Source: Octopus sinensis
Lineage: Eukaryota
Assembly (NCBI RefSeq): GCF_006345805.1
Contig: NW_021836402.1
Span: forward strand, 1 to 24,578
Length of the DNA stretch: 24,578 nucleotides
Reading direction: 5' to 3'
Below, piece after piece: positions 8,661-19,757 of the stretch. The first letter of the stretch is position 1, and the number at the start of each line of letters is the position of its first letter. Position numbers and translations under genes: made by a program. The notes beneath the pieces are model-generated. The model searched no databases, was not told the DNA's origin, and saw only the letters and a list, made by a program, of their open reading frames with translations.

Positions 8661-9770
8661 GGGTGTTTATTGGACACCCTGCGAGACGAAAAACAAAACC
8701 CATCAAAGGGCGGAGGAACTCTTGAGAGTCAACGGCCATCCAATATATGTCTTAAGGCTGTATCATGCGCGGGGACATAGAAATAATAGGACTGAATACC
8801 CGATCGCGCGGTTAAACCATTGGGAGTTAAGGACTCCTAGCCTTTGTTAGGGCATCTTCTAGGAGAAGGTAACTCAGGTAACTGGGATAACTCCGACATA
8901 AAACCTGCGGCTCAGTGGTTACCGATGATGTTGACTTGTTCTTCTTTTCGGATTAGGGCTACTGTTGCTTAGTTTAGTGGATTGACTCAGTGCACAGCCT
9001 TTCCTCACTTTAAAAAAATCTTCTTGCACAGGCATGCACGATAACAACATTGATTAAGCTTCGTGCAATGGCCATACTCGATAACGAGGGGGCAGCCACC
9101 ATGTATGTATATATGCATGCATGTATGTATGTATGAATGCATGTATGTATGTATGTATGTATGCATGCGTGTATGTATGTATGTATGTATGTATGTTTGC
9201 ATGTATGTATGTATGTATGTATGTATGTATGTATGTATGTATGTATGTATGTCTCTAACTAGAAAGGGTGTGGCCTGGTCAGCTGTAATGACATGCATAA
9301 GATCTGGTCATCAAATCTAAGTAGAGACTTCAAACTTGAAATCTTCAAAGCCACAGTCGAACCAATTCTACTATATGGCTCAGAAACCTAGACGAAGCGA
9401 GATTGAGATGCGGTTGGATGGAACCTACCTCGCCTCCTTATGAGAGCTCAAAATCTCTCGTGGAAGCGTCATCCAACCAAAATGCAAATATATAGGAAAT
9501 ACCACCTGTGTCATATCTCTTGTGAAAGGTAGAGAGTCCAGTTTGCTGGACATTGTTGTAGAGCTGAAAAGAAGTAATTTCTACTCTTCTCCTCTGGAAG
9601 CCATCTACTCGCATACCAGAGTCGCACATCTCCTACCCTGATGTAATCTCCAGGGATACAGGCATCCAGCAACAGGACCTCCGTAATGCCATGATGGATC
9701 GTGAAGTCTGGCATAACATAGTAAATTCCATTGTCTCGAACAACGGTCGTCGAACATGATGATGATGATG
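8660..9770 (+). mobile_element. RTE-clade LINE derivative: putative 5' leader (8660-9100), (TATG)n (9101-9251), ORF 3' end and (GAT)n tail (9252-9770)
   Basis: 9252 onward reads RKGVAWSA..MHKIWSSNLSRDFKLEIFKATVEPILLYGSET*...RLDGTY.RLLMRAQNLSWKRHPTKMQIY..VQFAGHCCRAE, an RTE post-RT region with stops and frameshifts. Assigning 8660-9100 as the leader is inference from its ctaggagaaggtaactc-type motif and position. Confidence 0.75.
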
Positions 9771-9774
9771 TCTC

Positions 9775-10404
9775 TATGTATGTATGCATGCATGTATTAT
9801 GCGTGTGTATATGAATGTACGTATGTGTGTATGTATGTTCATATGTGTGAGTGTTGTGTATATATGTATACATGCATGTATGTATGCTTGTATACATGTT
9901 TTTATGTGTGAGTGTATGTATGTACACATGTACGTGTGTGTAGGTATCTATCTCTGTATATGTAAGTGTATGTATGTACGTATGTTTGTGTGGGTGTGCA
10001 GACAACAATATACATATACATGTACGCTTGCATAAATACACTCACATACACACTCTGATATACATTCATACAGTTGTGGCTGTATATGTATAAACACACA
10101 CACACCACACACACACACAAACATATACGTAGAAAGAGCGGTATGTATGTATGTATATTTGTATGTATGTATATATGTATGTTTGTATGTGTGTATGTAT
10201 GTATATTTGTATGTGTGTATATGTATGTATGTTTGTATGTGTATGTGTGTGTATGTATGTATGTATGTATGTATGTATGTGTGTGTGTGTATGTACGTAC
10301 GTATGTGTGTGGGGGGGTGTATGCCGCCATGTTTGTTTACTCTGATGATTACATGTAAATATTTTATTATAAATACGTAAGTCAGTGTTTACACATACTA
10401 CCAG

Positions 10405-10435
<31 letters not shown>

Positions 10436-10470
10436 TGTGTGTGGTGTGTGTGTGTATTTTTATACACACA
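9775..10470. repeat. Degenerate (TATG)n/(GT)n/(CA)n microsatellite field
   Basis: Direct reading. Confidence 0.9.
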
Positions 10471-10606
10471 TAATTATTTTCAGAATTATATTCTCGTGTT
10501 TAACTGCACCCGTTAACCCTGTGGATCGTTGGCACTCGTTCCAAAAGCTAATTAGAACACTCCACCTTCCCTTTCATATCAGCTAATATAAACTAAAAGT
10601 AACAAA

Positions 10607-10735
10607 AGTAAAGTTGAAGGTATCGTGGCACTCTGGCGGTTGCGACGACGAGGGTTCCAATTGATCCGATCAGCGGAACAGCCTGCTCGTGAAATTAACG
10701 TGCAAGTGGCCGAGCACTCCACAGACATGTGTACC
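10607..10735. mobile_element. SINE-like fragment (octopus high-copy repeat), truncated and fused to mariner sequence
   Basis: gacgacgagggttccaattgatccgatcagcggaacagcctgctcgtgaaattaacgtgcaagtggccgagcactccacagac is recalled as an abundant octopus repeat core; not searched. Confidence 0.55.
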
Positions 10736-11203
10736 ATCCGTGAGTTAACAGAGGACGTGCAGATTAGTTATGGTTCAGTTCTGTCATTTACCACTGAAGA
10801 TTTGGGTATGAGACACGTGTCTTCCAAGTTTGTGCCAAAACTGCTTTCAGCAAAACAAAAAGACACTCGGGTTTCAGTTGCAAAAGATTTCCTTGATTGT
10901 GTCGATAAGGTTGAAAACTATGTGAAAATTCTGCGTAGGTCTCGGGGCAGGTACCGCCAAGCTTTTGACAAAATTTGATGCAGATTCTCTGCTCAACTTT
11001 CTCTGTCATGTTCAATGCAACAATCGCATGCTACACACCTTCCTTCCAAGCATTGCTGTAAACAGCAGCAGTAAGCTAGAAAGTTCAGACCCAGTGAGCA
11101 TGCACAGAAGAGTTCACGGTCAGTCTGTGCCAAGCAGCTTCCCTCTCTGTGCTTTAGCATCGTTACTATAGCAATAGTCCGGATACTTATTGATCAGACT
11201 ATG
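10733..11203. mobile_element. Mariner relic with one TIR and an internally inverted transposase fragment
   Basis: Plus strand 10733-10921: TIRELTEDVQISYGSV...EDLGMRHVSSKFVPKLLS (HTH plus WVPHEL-equivalent FVPKLL). Minus strand 11009-10926: MTEKVEQRICIKFCQKLG..CPETY (mariner N-terminus). TIR-like gtctgatcaataagtatccggact on the minus strand at ~11176-11203. Confidence 0.85.
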
Positions 11204-11239
11204 TTTATATATGATACGTATATATACTTCTACTTTTAC

Positions 11240-11503
11240 TCGTTACAGTTACCAGACTGTGGCCATGCTGGAGCACCGCTTAGAATTTTAAGTCTAATGA
11301 ATCGACCACATTACTTACTTTTTAAGCTTCGTACTTATTCTATTGGTTTCTTTTGTCGAACTGCTAAGTTACGGGGGCGCGTACACACCAACACTAATTG
11401 CCATGGCTTGGTGGTGACACAAACAGACACAAAGCCATACACACATAGATATAAATACATACATACATACATACATACATACATACATACATACATACAT
11501 ACA

Positions 11504-11536
<33 letters not shown>

Positions 11537-11693
11537 GATGGGCTTCTTCCAGTCTCTCTCTACCAAACCAAATCGCAACATTTTGGTTGGCCTGAGGCTA
11601 TAGAAGTTACTTGCCTAGATTCCATGCAGTGGGATTGAACACGGGACCATATGCTTAAAAAGCAAGCTTCTTACCACTCAAATATGCTTGCAC
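11240..11693 (-). mobile_element. Full-length-like tRNA-derived SINE with internal (TACA)n
   Basis: Homologous to the plus-strand copy at 19552-19982 (ggccatgctggagcacc tail, gcttcttacc head). The head has tRNA A/B-box-like ggtaagaagc and gttcaatccc. Confidence 0.8.
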
Positions 11694-12112
11694 CATATAT
11701 ATGTATTTATATATATGTCCATACATGTATATATATATATGTGTGTGTGTGTTGTGTGTATATATATATACACACACACATATATATGTACATGTTTTAT
11801 ACACACACTCATACATATATACACACACACACACACACATATGTATACGTATCTTTATGTATATTTCTTCATACACTGTCGAAAGTAATTAACGAGTGAT
11901 GTTACTTAACTAAAGATTAACCTTAATCCAAATTAACACAGATTAACACTAAGTTTGCAATTTCACTGGATTATAGAAATTGTTATTTAAATAACTGTAG
12001 TTATGTAATTTAAAACCTCATTTATCAAATGTAAGCTAATAGCCTCCAATCTTAATTATAAATGTCAGATGTCAAACGTGTGTGCATGTGACAGCGCTTG
12101 TATATTTGAAAG

Positions 12113-12150
<38 letters not shown>

Positions 12151-12385
12151 TATATATGTATATGAAAGCAAAACTCATTTATCACAAGAATATTTAGGTT
12201 TCAAGGCATGAGATCCTGTACTTGAGATCATGAAATGCTATTGAAATATGCCTCCTGGAAGTAAAGACTATTCTCTTGTGCAGCACACACGCACACACAC
12301 GCACACACACACACCACACACAAACACACACACACGCGCATGCGCACGCGTGCGCGCACACACACACTCGTTTGCACACATAAAT

Positions 12386-12395
12386 TTACGCACAC

Positions 12396-12437
<42 letters not shown>

Positions 12438-12775
12438 CCATCATCATCGTTTAATGTCCGTCTGCCATGCTAGCATAGGTGGAATGGTAACACAGGAGCT
12501 GACCAAGCCAAAGCTTGCACTAGACTTCTGTGACATTTTTTGGCAGGATTTTTACAGCTGGATTCCCTTCCTAACATCAACCATTCAGCAGAGTGGACTG
12601 AGTGCTTTTTATGTGGCACAAGCACAGGTGAGGTTAGGTTTGGCAAGGTTTTTACAGCTGGATGCCCTTCATCACATCAACCACTTTACGGTGTAGACTG
12701 GGTGCTTTTAAGTGGCACCTGCACTGACAGGGTCACCAAGTACTTGCAAGACAAAAACTTTTAAGAGGGGAGGAG
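12386..12775 (-). mobile_element. SINE-like repeat with RTE-type 3' tail and (GAT)n end
   Basis: (CAT)n then cgtttaatgtccgtctgccatgctagcat and duplicated ggatgcccttc..aacatcaacca boxes; reverse complement resembles 23975-24260. Confidence 0.65.
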
Positions 12776-12787
12776 GCATTGGAGGAG

Positions 12788-13283
12788 GTTAAGTTAAGTT
12801 AAGTTAATTTTTTGGCTCAAAAAGCAAAAAGCAAGGCCATGTTGGGGGACATGGAGTTATGTACAGGGTGGTGTTCATACAAAGAGTTCAGGCCATTTGT
12901 GGTCAAGGGAGACTTTGAACCGAGCGGTCGTCGGCATCTTCACTATCTCGTCCGGCAGCTTATTCTACGGATCCGCAACCCGGACGGAGAAAGCCCTTCT
13001 CTTTCGATTGAGATGAAATCGTCGCAGATAGAGCTTTTCGGAGTGACCCCGAAGCCGACGTTCTAGAGCAGGAGTGAAGAACAGCTCTTTCGAGAGGTTA
13101 CACTTTCTGCTTATGATGTTGTGAGCAAGAATGAGATCACCACGGCGTCGTCGCTTTTCTAGAGAATAAAGGTCGAGCGTCTTCAGCCTTTCTTCATAAG
13201 ACAAATGCTTGAGACCAAGTACCATGCGGGTAGCCAGCTTCTGGACTCTTTCGAGATGGTGTATGTCATTGAGGAGATAAGAA
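12788..13283 (-). mobile_element. CR1-clade LINE 3' fragment with (TTAAC)n tail
   Basis: YLLNDIHHLERVQKLATRMVLGLKHLSYEERLKTLDLYSLEKRRRRGDLILAHNII...LRGHSEKL...FSVRVADP is the typical CR1 C-terminus. gttaa repeats at 12788-12807. Confidence 0.92.
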
Positions 13284-14110
13284 GTGGTAAGGAGGTGATG
13301 ATGAAACGGTTATAGTGAGACAGATACAGGTGTTATATTGAAAAGGAAGTACAAGGTTACCTGGCCGGAGAGAGAAAGATCAGGAATGAAGACAGAAACA
13401 GGTGTGCTACCGCAAAGAAAATACATGGTTGCTCAACCTGAGGGAAGTGCAGAAGGAGGAGAGAAAGAGTGGGAGATCGCAGGATGGAGATGGTGGCAAA
13501 ATGTTGGACATACTCACAGGGAATGGGGATCAGAGTATAAATGAGATGGTTGACTAAAGGAAGAAAGTGAGATATAGGTAGTGGCAAGTGCCAGGGTATA
13601 CCCATGAGGTTTAAATGCCATAATATAAGTGACAGGATATTGCGTAGGGAGTGTGATTAAAGAGTACGAGTAAGTGGCAAAAGACCTGGATATATAGAGA
13701 GTTGAAGGGGCTACTTGATAGCAATGATACAGAGGAACAAGGGTGTGAGGACAGGATTGGGGAGTGAGAACTAGGCATAGAGAATGAAGGAGGAAATGCA
13801 AGAAAGAGAATAGATGTAAATTGTTTTGCTGGGGTAGGGTGAGGGAGAAGTTTTCTTGTTACGTGTGGGTGGAGTAGCCGGGTCGGGGGGCTAGCAAATG
13901 GCAATAATAGAGTGAGACAACGTCTGTAAGTAGAAGGCACGGGTCAGGGGCAAGCAGTGAGCAATGATACAGTAGCACTTGGCCAAGAGGACAAGATTGA
14001 GGTGTGGGAAGTAATCATAGTATATAAAGCGGAAATGTGAAGAAGAGAAGAGATGTAGAGATGTAGTTTGGTTCGTTGTGGTAGAGTATGTGAGAGTCTT
14101 TCTACGCAGC

Positions 14111-14268
14111 ACTTCTAGAACTCAGTTTCGCTGATGTGGGCGAGTCTTCTCAAGAACTTCTTATCGCCAGAGATCTTGGTCCCTGGTACTTTCCTACATG
14201 AGGTCCAACTTCTTGAGATCAGTCCTTACCACTTCATCCCATGTATTCCTCTTCCACGGGTAACATCC
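14111..14268 (-). mobile_element. Short RTE LINE C-terminal remnant
   Basis: Minus strand reads RGR..NTWDEVVRTDLKKLDLM*ESTRDQDLWR*EVLEKTRP, similar to the RTE GRPRKTW...DR..WR motif. Confidence 0.65.
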
Positions 14269-14299
14269 ACTCATATATATACATTTGTACATATATAGA

Positions 14300-14461
14300 T
14301 AGACTGCAGCCATGCAGGGGCATGGCATTGAAGAACTTTTAGTTGAATGGATGGCATCCCTCAGTAGTTATTTTTTAAAAGCCTGATACTTATTCTAACA
14401 CTCTATTTTTGCCAAACAAACAAACACCTGTTTGTCAAGGAAAAAATTGGCACAAAGACAC

Positions 14462-14521
<60 letters not shown>

Positions 14522-15064
14522 ATATACATACATATGTGTGTGTGTGTATACATGGTCGAGACAATGGAATTACCATGCTACGCCAGACTTCACGGTCCAT
14601 CATAGCATTACGGAGGTCCTGTTGCTGGATGCTTGTATCCCTGGAGATTACATAAGGGTAGGAGAGTGTGTGCCCTCTGGTGTTGCGAGTAGATGGCTTT
14701 CAGAGGGGAAGAGTAGAAATTGCCACGTTTTCAGCTCTACAATAATGTCCAGCAAACTGAACTCTCCCACCTTTCCCAAGAGAAGACACAGGTGGTAGTT
14801 TCCCATATATTTGCATTTTGGTTGGATGACGCTTCCACGAGAGATTTTGAGCTCTCTTTAGGAGGTAAGTGTAGGTTCCATCCAACCGCATCTCAAGCTT
14901 CTTTGATAACGTCCAAGTTTCTGAGCCATATAGTAGAATTGTTTCGACCATGTACACTCACAAGGCTTTGGTTGGCCCAAGGCTATAGTAGGAGACACTT
15001 GGCCAAAGTACCATGCAGTGGGATTGAACTCAGAACCATGTGGCTGGTAAGCAAGATTCTTACC
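14300..15064 (-). mobile_element. tRNA-derived SINE (body 14300-14450, head 14955-15064) interrupted by an RTE fragment
   Basis: Both parts match the 11240-11693 and 19552-19982 family in the same orientation. Confidence 0.65.
14551..14949 (-). mobile_element. 5'-truncated RTE 3' fragment, same family as 9350-9740
   Basis: ETILLYGSETWTLSKKLEMRLDGTYTYLLKRAQNLSWKRHPTKMQIYGKLPPVSSL...VQFAGHYCRAE; nucleotide reverse complement of the 9.3-9.75 kb copy. Confidence 0.88.
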
Positions 15065-15149
15065 TGTTCAGATGATTTTTTTTTAGTATGATAAAATATT
15101 TGTGCTGTACATTTGTTCATTCCTTCCATCAAATTGACATTGCCTGTAG

Positions 15150-15300
15150 AGAGGCACAGTGTGCCACATGTCTGATGTTGAAGTGATCACAGAGCAAGGT
15201 GAAGTGAAGTGTTATGCTCAAGAACACGATGCGGTACCTGGTTTTGGAATTGAACCCAAGACATCATGACAGTGAGTGCAACAACCTAAACCACCAGGCT

Positions 15301-15302
<2 letters not shown>
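15150..15302 (-). mobile_element. tRNA-headed SINE 5' fragment (second family)
   Basis: Minus strand gtagcctggtggtttaggttgttgcactcactgtcatgatgtcttgggttcaattcc has A/B-box-like spacing, followed by a ttcttgagcataacacttcac body. Confidence 0.55.
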
Positions 15303-15331
<29 letters not shown>

Positions 15332-15524
15332 TGCATGTATGCATGTGTATATGCATACTGACATACATACACTCACACGCACATACTTGCACACACACAC
15401 ATATATATGTATACAAACACACATGCGTGTACACGCACTCACACACAATCGCACCCCACCCCACACGCGTATGATGAATTTCATCTGACCTATGCTAAGC
15501 AAGGAAAAGTAGAAGGAAAACCGA

Positions 15525-15698
15525 TGGTGATGATGAAGAGGAGGACGATGATAACGCAAACAATGATGATGATGGTGATGATGGTGGTGATGACAGTAAT
15601 GTTGACAGTGATGGTAATGGTGATGATGATGAGGATGATGACGGTGCTCATGACGGTGATGATGGTGATGATGGTAATGGTTATGATGATGGTGGTGG

Positions 15699-15745
<47 letters not shown>

Positions 15746-15869
15746 CTGATGATGATGATGGTGATGAGGATGATGATGATGGTGATGGTGATGATGATGA
15801 TGATGGTGATGGTGATGATGATGATGATGGTGATGAGGATGATGATGATGGTGATGGTGATGATGACGG

Positions 15870-15900
<31 letters not shown>

Positions 15901-15921
15901 GATGATGGTGTTGATGATGAC

Positions 15922-16001
<80 letters not shown>

Positions 16002-16085
16002 CGATGACGACGACGGTGATGATGATGGTGATGATTACGGTGATGATGGTGATGATGGTGATGATCATATGATGCTGAGGAATAT
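15525..16085. repeat. ~560-bp (GAT)/(GGT) microsatellite
   Basis: Direct reading; explains the poly-H, poly-M and poly-I ORFs. Confidence 0.97.
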
Positions 16086-16295
16086 GAAAATAACGATGAT
16101 ATGATGACAGTGGTGGGAAGACAGACTGCTAGACAGACAGACAGACAGACAGACCTCTCAAAATACGAACCACTGGCTATCACCCTCGCACACAGGTTGA
16201 TCAGCTGGTCTTCTGTTGCCGGACACAAAACAGACATTATCGTTTGCAATTACTTCCATTTATTGCTATTTTAATGATACAACTGAAACATAACC

Positions 16296-16334
<39 letters not shown>

Positions 16335-16544
16335 GTGATGATGATGGTGATATGTGGTGATGGTGGCTGGACGTGGGCGGCAGTGGTTGAATGTGGTAAC
16401 CTCACTGGTCAGGCTGCTAACCTCAATGTGCACCAGTCAACCAGGGTTGGGTGGCTACACTAAGCAAAATAAAAACCTTGTGTTTATAATCTTTGTTTAA
16501 TGGTAGATTGCTAGGTGCAACACACCCGGCCCACCCCCAGCATG

Positions 16545-16547
16545 CAT

Positions 16548-16589
<42 letters not shown>

Positions 16590-16631
16590 GTATATATGGA
16601 TGCATATATGTGTATATATATGTGTATTATA

Positions 16632-16664
<33 letters not shown>

Positions 16665-16980
16665 GAAATACACACATATATATATATACACAAATATATG
16701 TAGATATATATATATAATATATATATATGCATATATATATGTACACACACACACACACCGCTATATATATATATACATATATACATATATACATATATAT
16801 ATGTATATATATGTGTATATATATGTGTACATATATATAGACACACACATACTCACACACCCATCCACTCACACACACTCACAAATACATGCACACACAG
16901 GCACACACACATATATGAGAGAGAGAGAGGATAAGAGACAGAGATAGAGAGCGAAAGAGAGAGAGAGAGAGAGAAAGGGA
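16545..16980. repeat. (CA)n/(TA)n/(GA)n microsatellites
   Basis: Direct reading. Confidence 0.9.
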
Positions 16981-17302
16981 GAAGGACGATGGCAGTGTGG
17001 TGGTTATGGTGGCGGGGTACAAAGGCGGCAGGGTATATTTGATGAGGAGAGAGGAAAGAGAAAGAGGAAATACAAACAATGAGAGATCAATAGTTATTGA
17101 TTGACAAGATCATGTATAATGGATGAGGTAATGGCTTTGATGTTTAGACAAGGCTATCTCTGAGAGCAGCTTCAACAGCTGAGATTAAAAATGATTTCAC
17201 ACTGAGGGAAGGGGGGAAAAATCACACACACACACGCACTCACACATACACAAAAATTCTCAGACGCACACACATGCATACACAGGCACACACATACAGG
17301 CA

Positions 17303-17339
<37 letters not shown>

Positions 17340-17344
<5 letters not shown>

Positions 17345-17433
17345 GTTTGTGTGTGGGTGAATGTGTATGAAAATCTTTGCTTCCTTATATACTCATATAA
17401 GTATATACATGTGGGTGTATATACATATGTGTG

Positions 17434-17472
<39 letters not shown>

Positions 17473-17634
17473 TATAATGTGTGGTTGTGTGTGTTATTAG
17501 CATTATATATATATATATATATGTGCATGTGTGTATATATATGTATATGTTTGTGGTGTGGGTGAATGTGTATGAAAATCTTTGCTTCCTTATATACTCA
17601 TATAAGTATATACATGTGGGGGTATATACATATG

Positions 17635-17670
<36 letters not shown>

Positions 17671-17755
17671 TAATATATACGTGTGGGTGTGTGTGTATAG
17701 TTGTATTAGCATATATATATATATATATATATATGTGCATGTGTATATATGTATA
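17340..17755. repeat. Imperfect ~205-bp tandem duplication
   Basis: gtgggtgaatgtgtatgaaaatctttgcttccttatatactcatataagtatatacatgtggg occurs at ~17352 and ~17557, with similar downstream tattagcat..(TA)n..gtgcatgtg. Confidence 0.85.
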
Positions 17756-17993
17756 TGTATGAGTATGTATATATACAAATATATATATCTATAAATGTCT
17801 ATATATATAGATATATATATATACATTTATATATACATATATATTATACATACACACACACACTATATATTACATATTATATATGTATATATATATATAC
17901 ATCTATATCCATATATACATACTCATTAATGTTTTCCCCTATGCATGCCCATAGAAGTGTTTAACATAAATGTATGTCTGTGTGTGTTTATGA

Positions 17994-18082
<89 letters not shown>

Positions 18083-18183
18083 CATACTTCAAAATCATTC
18101 TAGCTCATTAACAAATTGTACCTACGTATGTGTTTTTATATAATACTAGGTATACAAAAACTAAGTACACACACACCTGTGTT

Positions 18184-18224
<41 letters not shown>

Positions 18225-18506
18225 ATGTTTCTATTTGCCACAGTCTCTTCCCCTCTTCTCGTCACCACACCTGACCCATAATTGCTGCGTAGCATCATCA
18301 TGATAGCTAATTTGTTCCTAAACACGGCAGGTCAGTATTTTATCATCAGAAGCACCGAATAATGGTACAGCAATAAAAAAGAGGGGTGGGAGGGAAAATA
18401 GACAGACAGACAGACAGAGAGAAAGAGAGAGAGACAGACATAGGTAGAGAGAAACATGGACAGGCACATATATATGAACAGAAAAGTAAATGGCTAGGTA
18501 GAAAGC

Positions 18507-18972
18507 TAGTCAGGCACATACATACATACATACATACATACATACATACATACATACATACATACACAACATACATACATACATACATACATACATACAT
18601 ACATACGTACAGGCATACATACATACATATATACATACATACATTCATACATACATACATACATACATACATACATACGTACATGCATACGTACATACAT
18701 ACATACATACATACATACATACATACATGCATGCATACATACATACATACATACATACATACATACATACATACATACATACATTCATTCATACATACAT
18801 ACATTCATACATACATACGTACATGCATACATACATACATACACATACATTCATACATACATACATACATCATACATACATACATACATACATACATACA
18901 TTCATACATACATACATACATACATACACACACATATATTATATATATATAATATTATATATATATATATAG
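18507..18972. repeat. (TACA)n microsatellite
   Basis: Direct reading. Confidence 0.95.
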
Positions 18973-19165
18973 AGAATTAAAAAAAACCAAAAGAACAAAG
19001 ACTTTTGGTGTAGACAACAAATATTAGTATAACGTTCGGGAAGTGAAAAAGTCTTTAACGTTTCGAGTCTACCCTCTTCTACGGAAAGGAACACAGAAAG
19101 AAACAAGGAGAGAAAAAAACAAGTAGAGAAAAAATGTGTGTAGTGGCTAGCGATCTATCATGGGG
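18973..19165 (-). mobile_element. Possible Penelope-like element terminal fragment
   Basis: Contains taacgtttcgagtctaccctcttc (CGAAACG on the minus strand), a motif typical of Penelope pseudo-LTRs. No coding motif confirmed. Confidence 0.4.
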
Positions 19166-19551
19166 AATGGAAAATTTAGCTAAATTTTCTTGAGGACATT
19201 CCTTTCTTAGTGGTAAGACCATAGAGGGTCGACTTCTAGCGTAATGGATGTCCACTTAGTAGTCATCCTTCTTAAATGTATGTAATATCATTTTTCTAAA
19301 TCTTCACATTTGTTTAGACCATTGCTAGACCATTGGTTTTAAATTGATATTAGTCAAATTAATATATATATATATATATATGTATATAAAAGTATGTATA
19401 TAAAATATAAATTAGAGATAAAACCACTATTATGTAACTCAAATAGTGATAGACATAAACCAAAACATAAATAACAAATATATATTTTTATAAAACATAC
19501 ATATATACATACGTACATAAATACATACATATATATACATACGTACATCCA

Positions 19552-19712
19552 GACGCAAGAGTGGCTCTTTGGTAAGGAGTTTGCTTACAAACCACATGGT
19601 TTCAGGTTTAGTCTCACTGCATGGCACCATGGGCAAATGTCTTCTATATAGCCTCGGGTCGACCAAAGCCTTGTGAGTGGATTTGGTAGACGGAAACTGA
19701 AAGAAGCTCATC

Positions 19713-19757
<45 letters not shown>

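Noticed and set aside
10625-10978. 117-aa ORF as a SETMAR-like or domesticated transposase gene
   Set aside because: Starts at GTG inside a SINE fragment, lacks the catalytic domain, and ends in inverted transposon sequence.
16165-16250. Minus-strand MSVLCPATEDQLINLCARVIASGSYFER as a coding exon
   Set aside because: Short, no recognisable homology, weak splice signals, and it runs into (CTGT)n and (CAT)n repeats.
17040-17220. Sox/TCF-like motifs (AACAATG, CTTTGAT) in a short unique block
   Set aside because: Two or three short motifs in AT-rich DNA are expected by chance; no support without conservation data.
19552-19630. tRNA gene at the SINE heads (also ~11620-11693 and 15240-15302)
   Set aside because: Only degenerate A/B boxes, no complete cloverleaf, and each continues into a SINE body.
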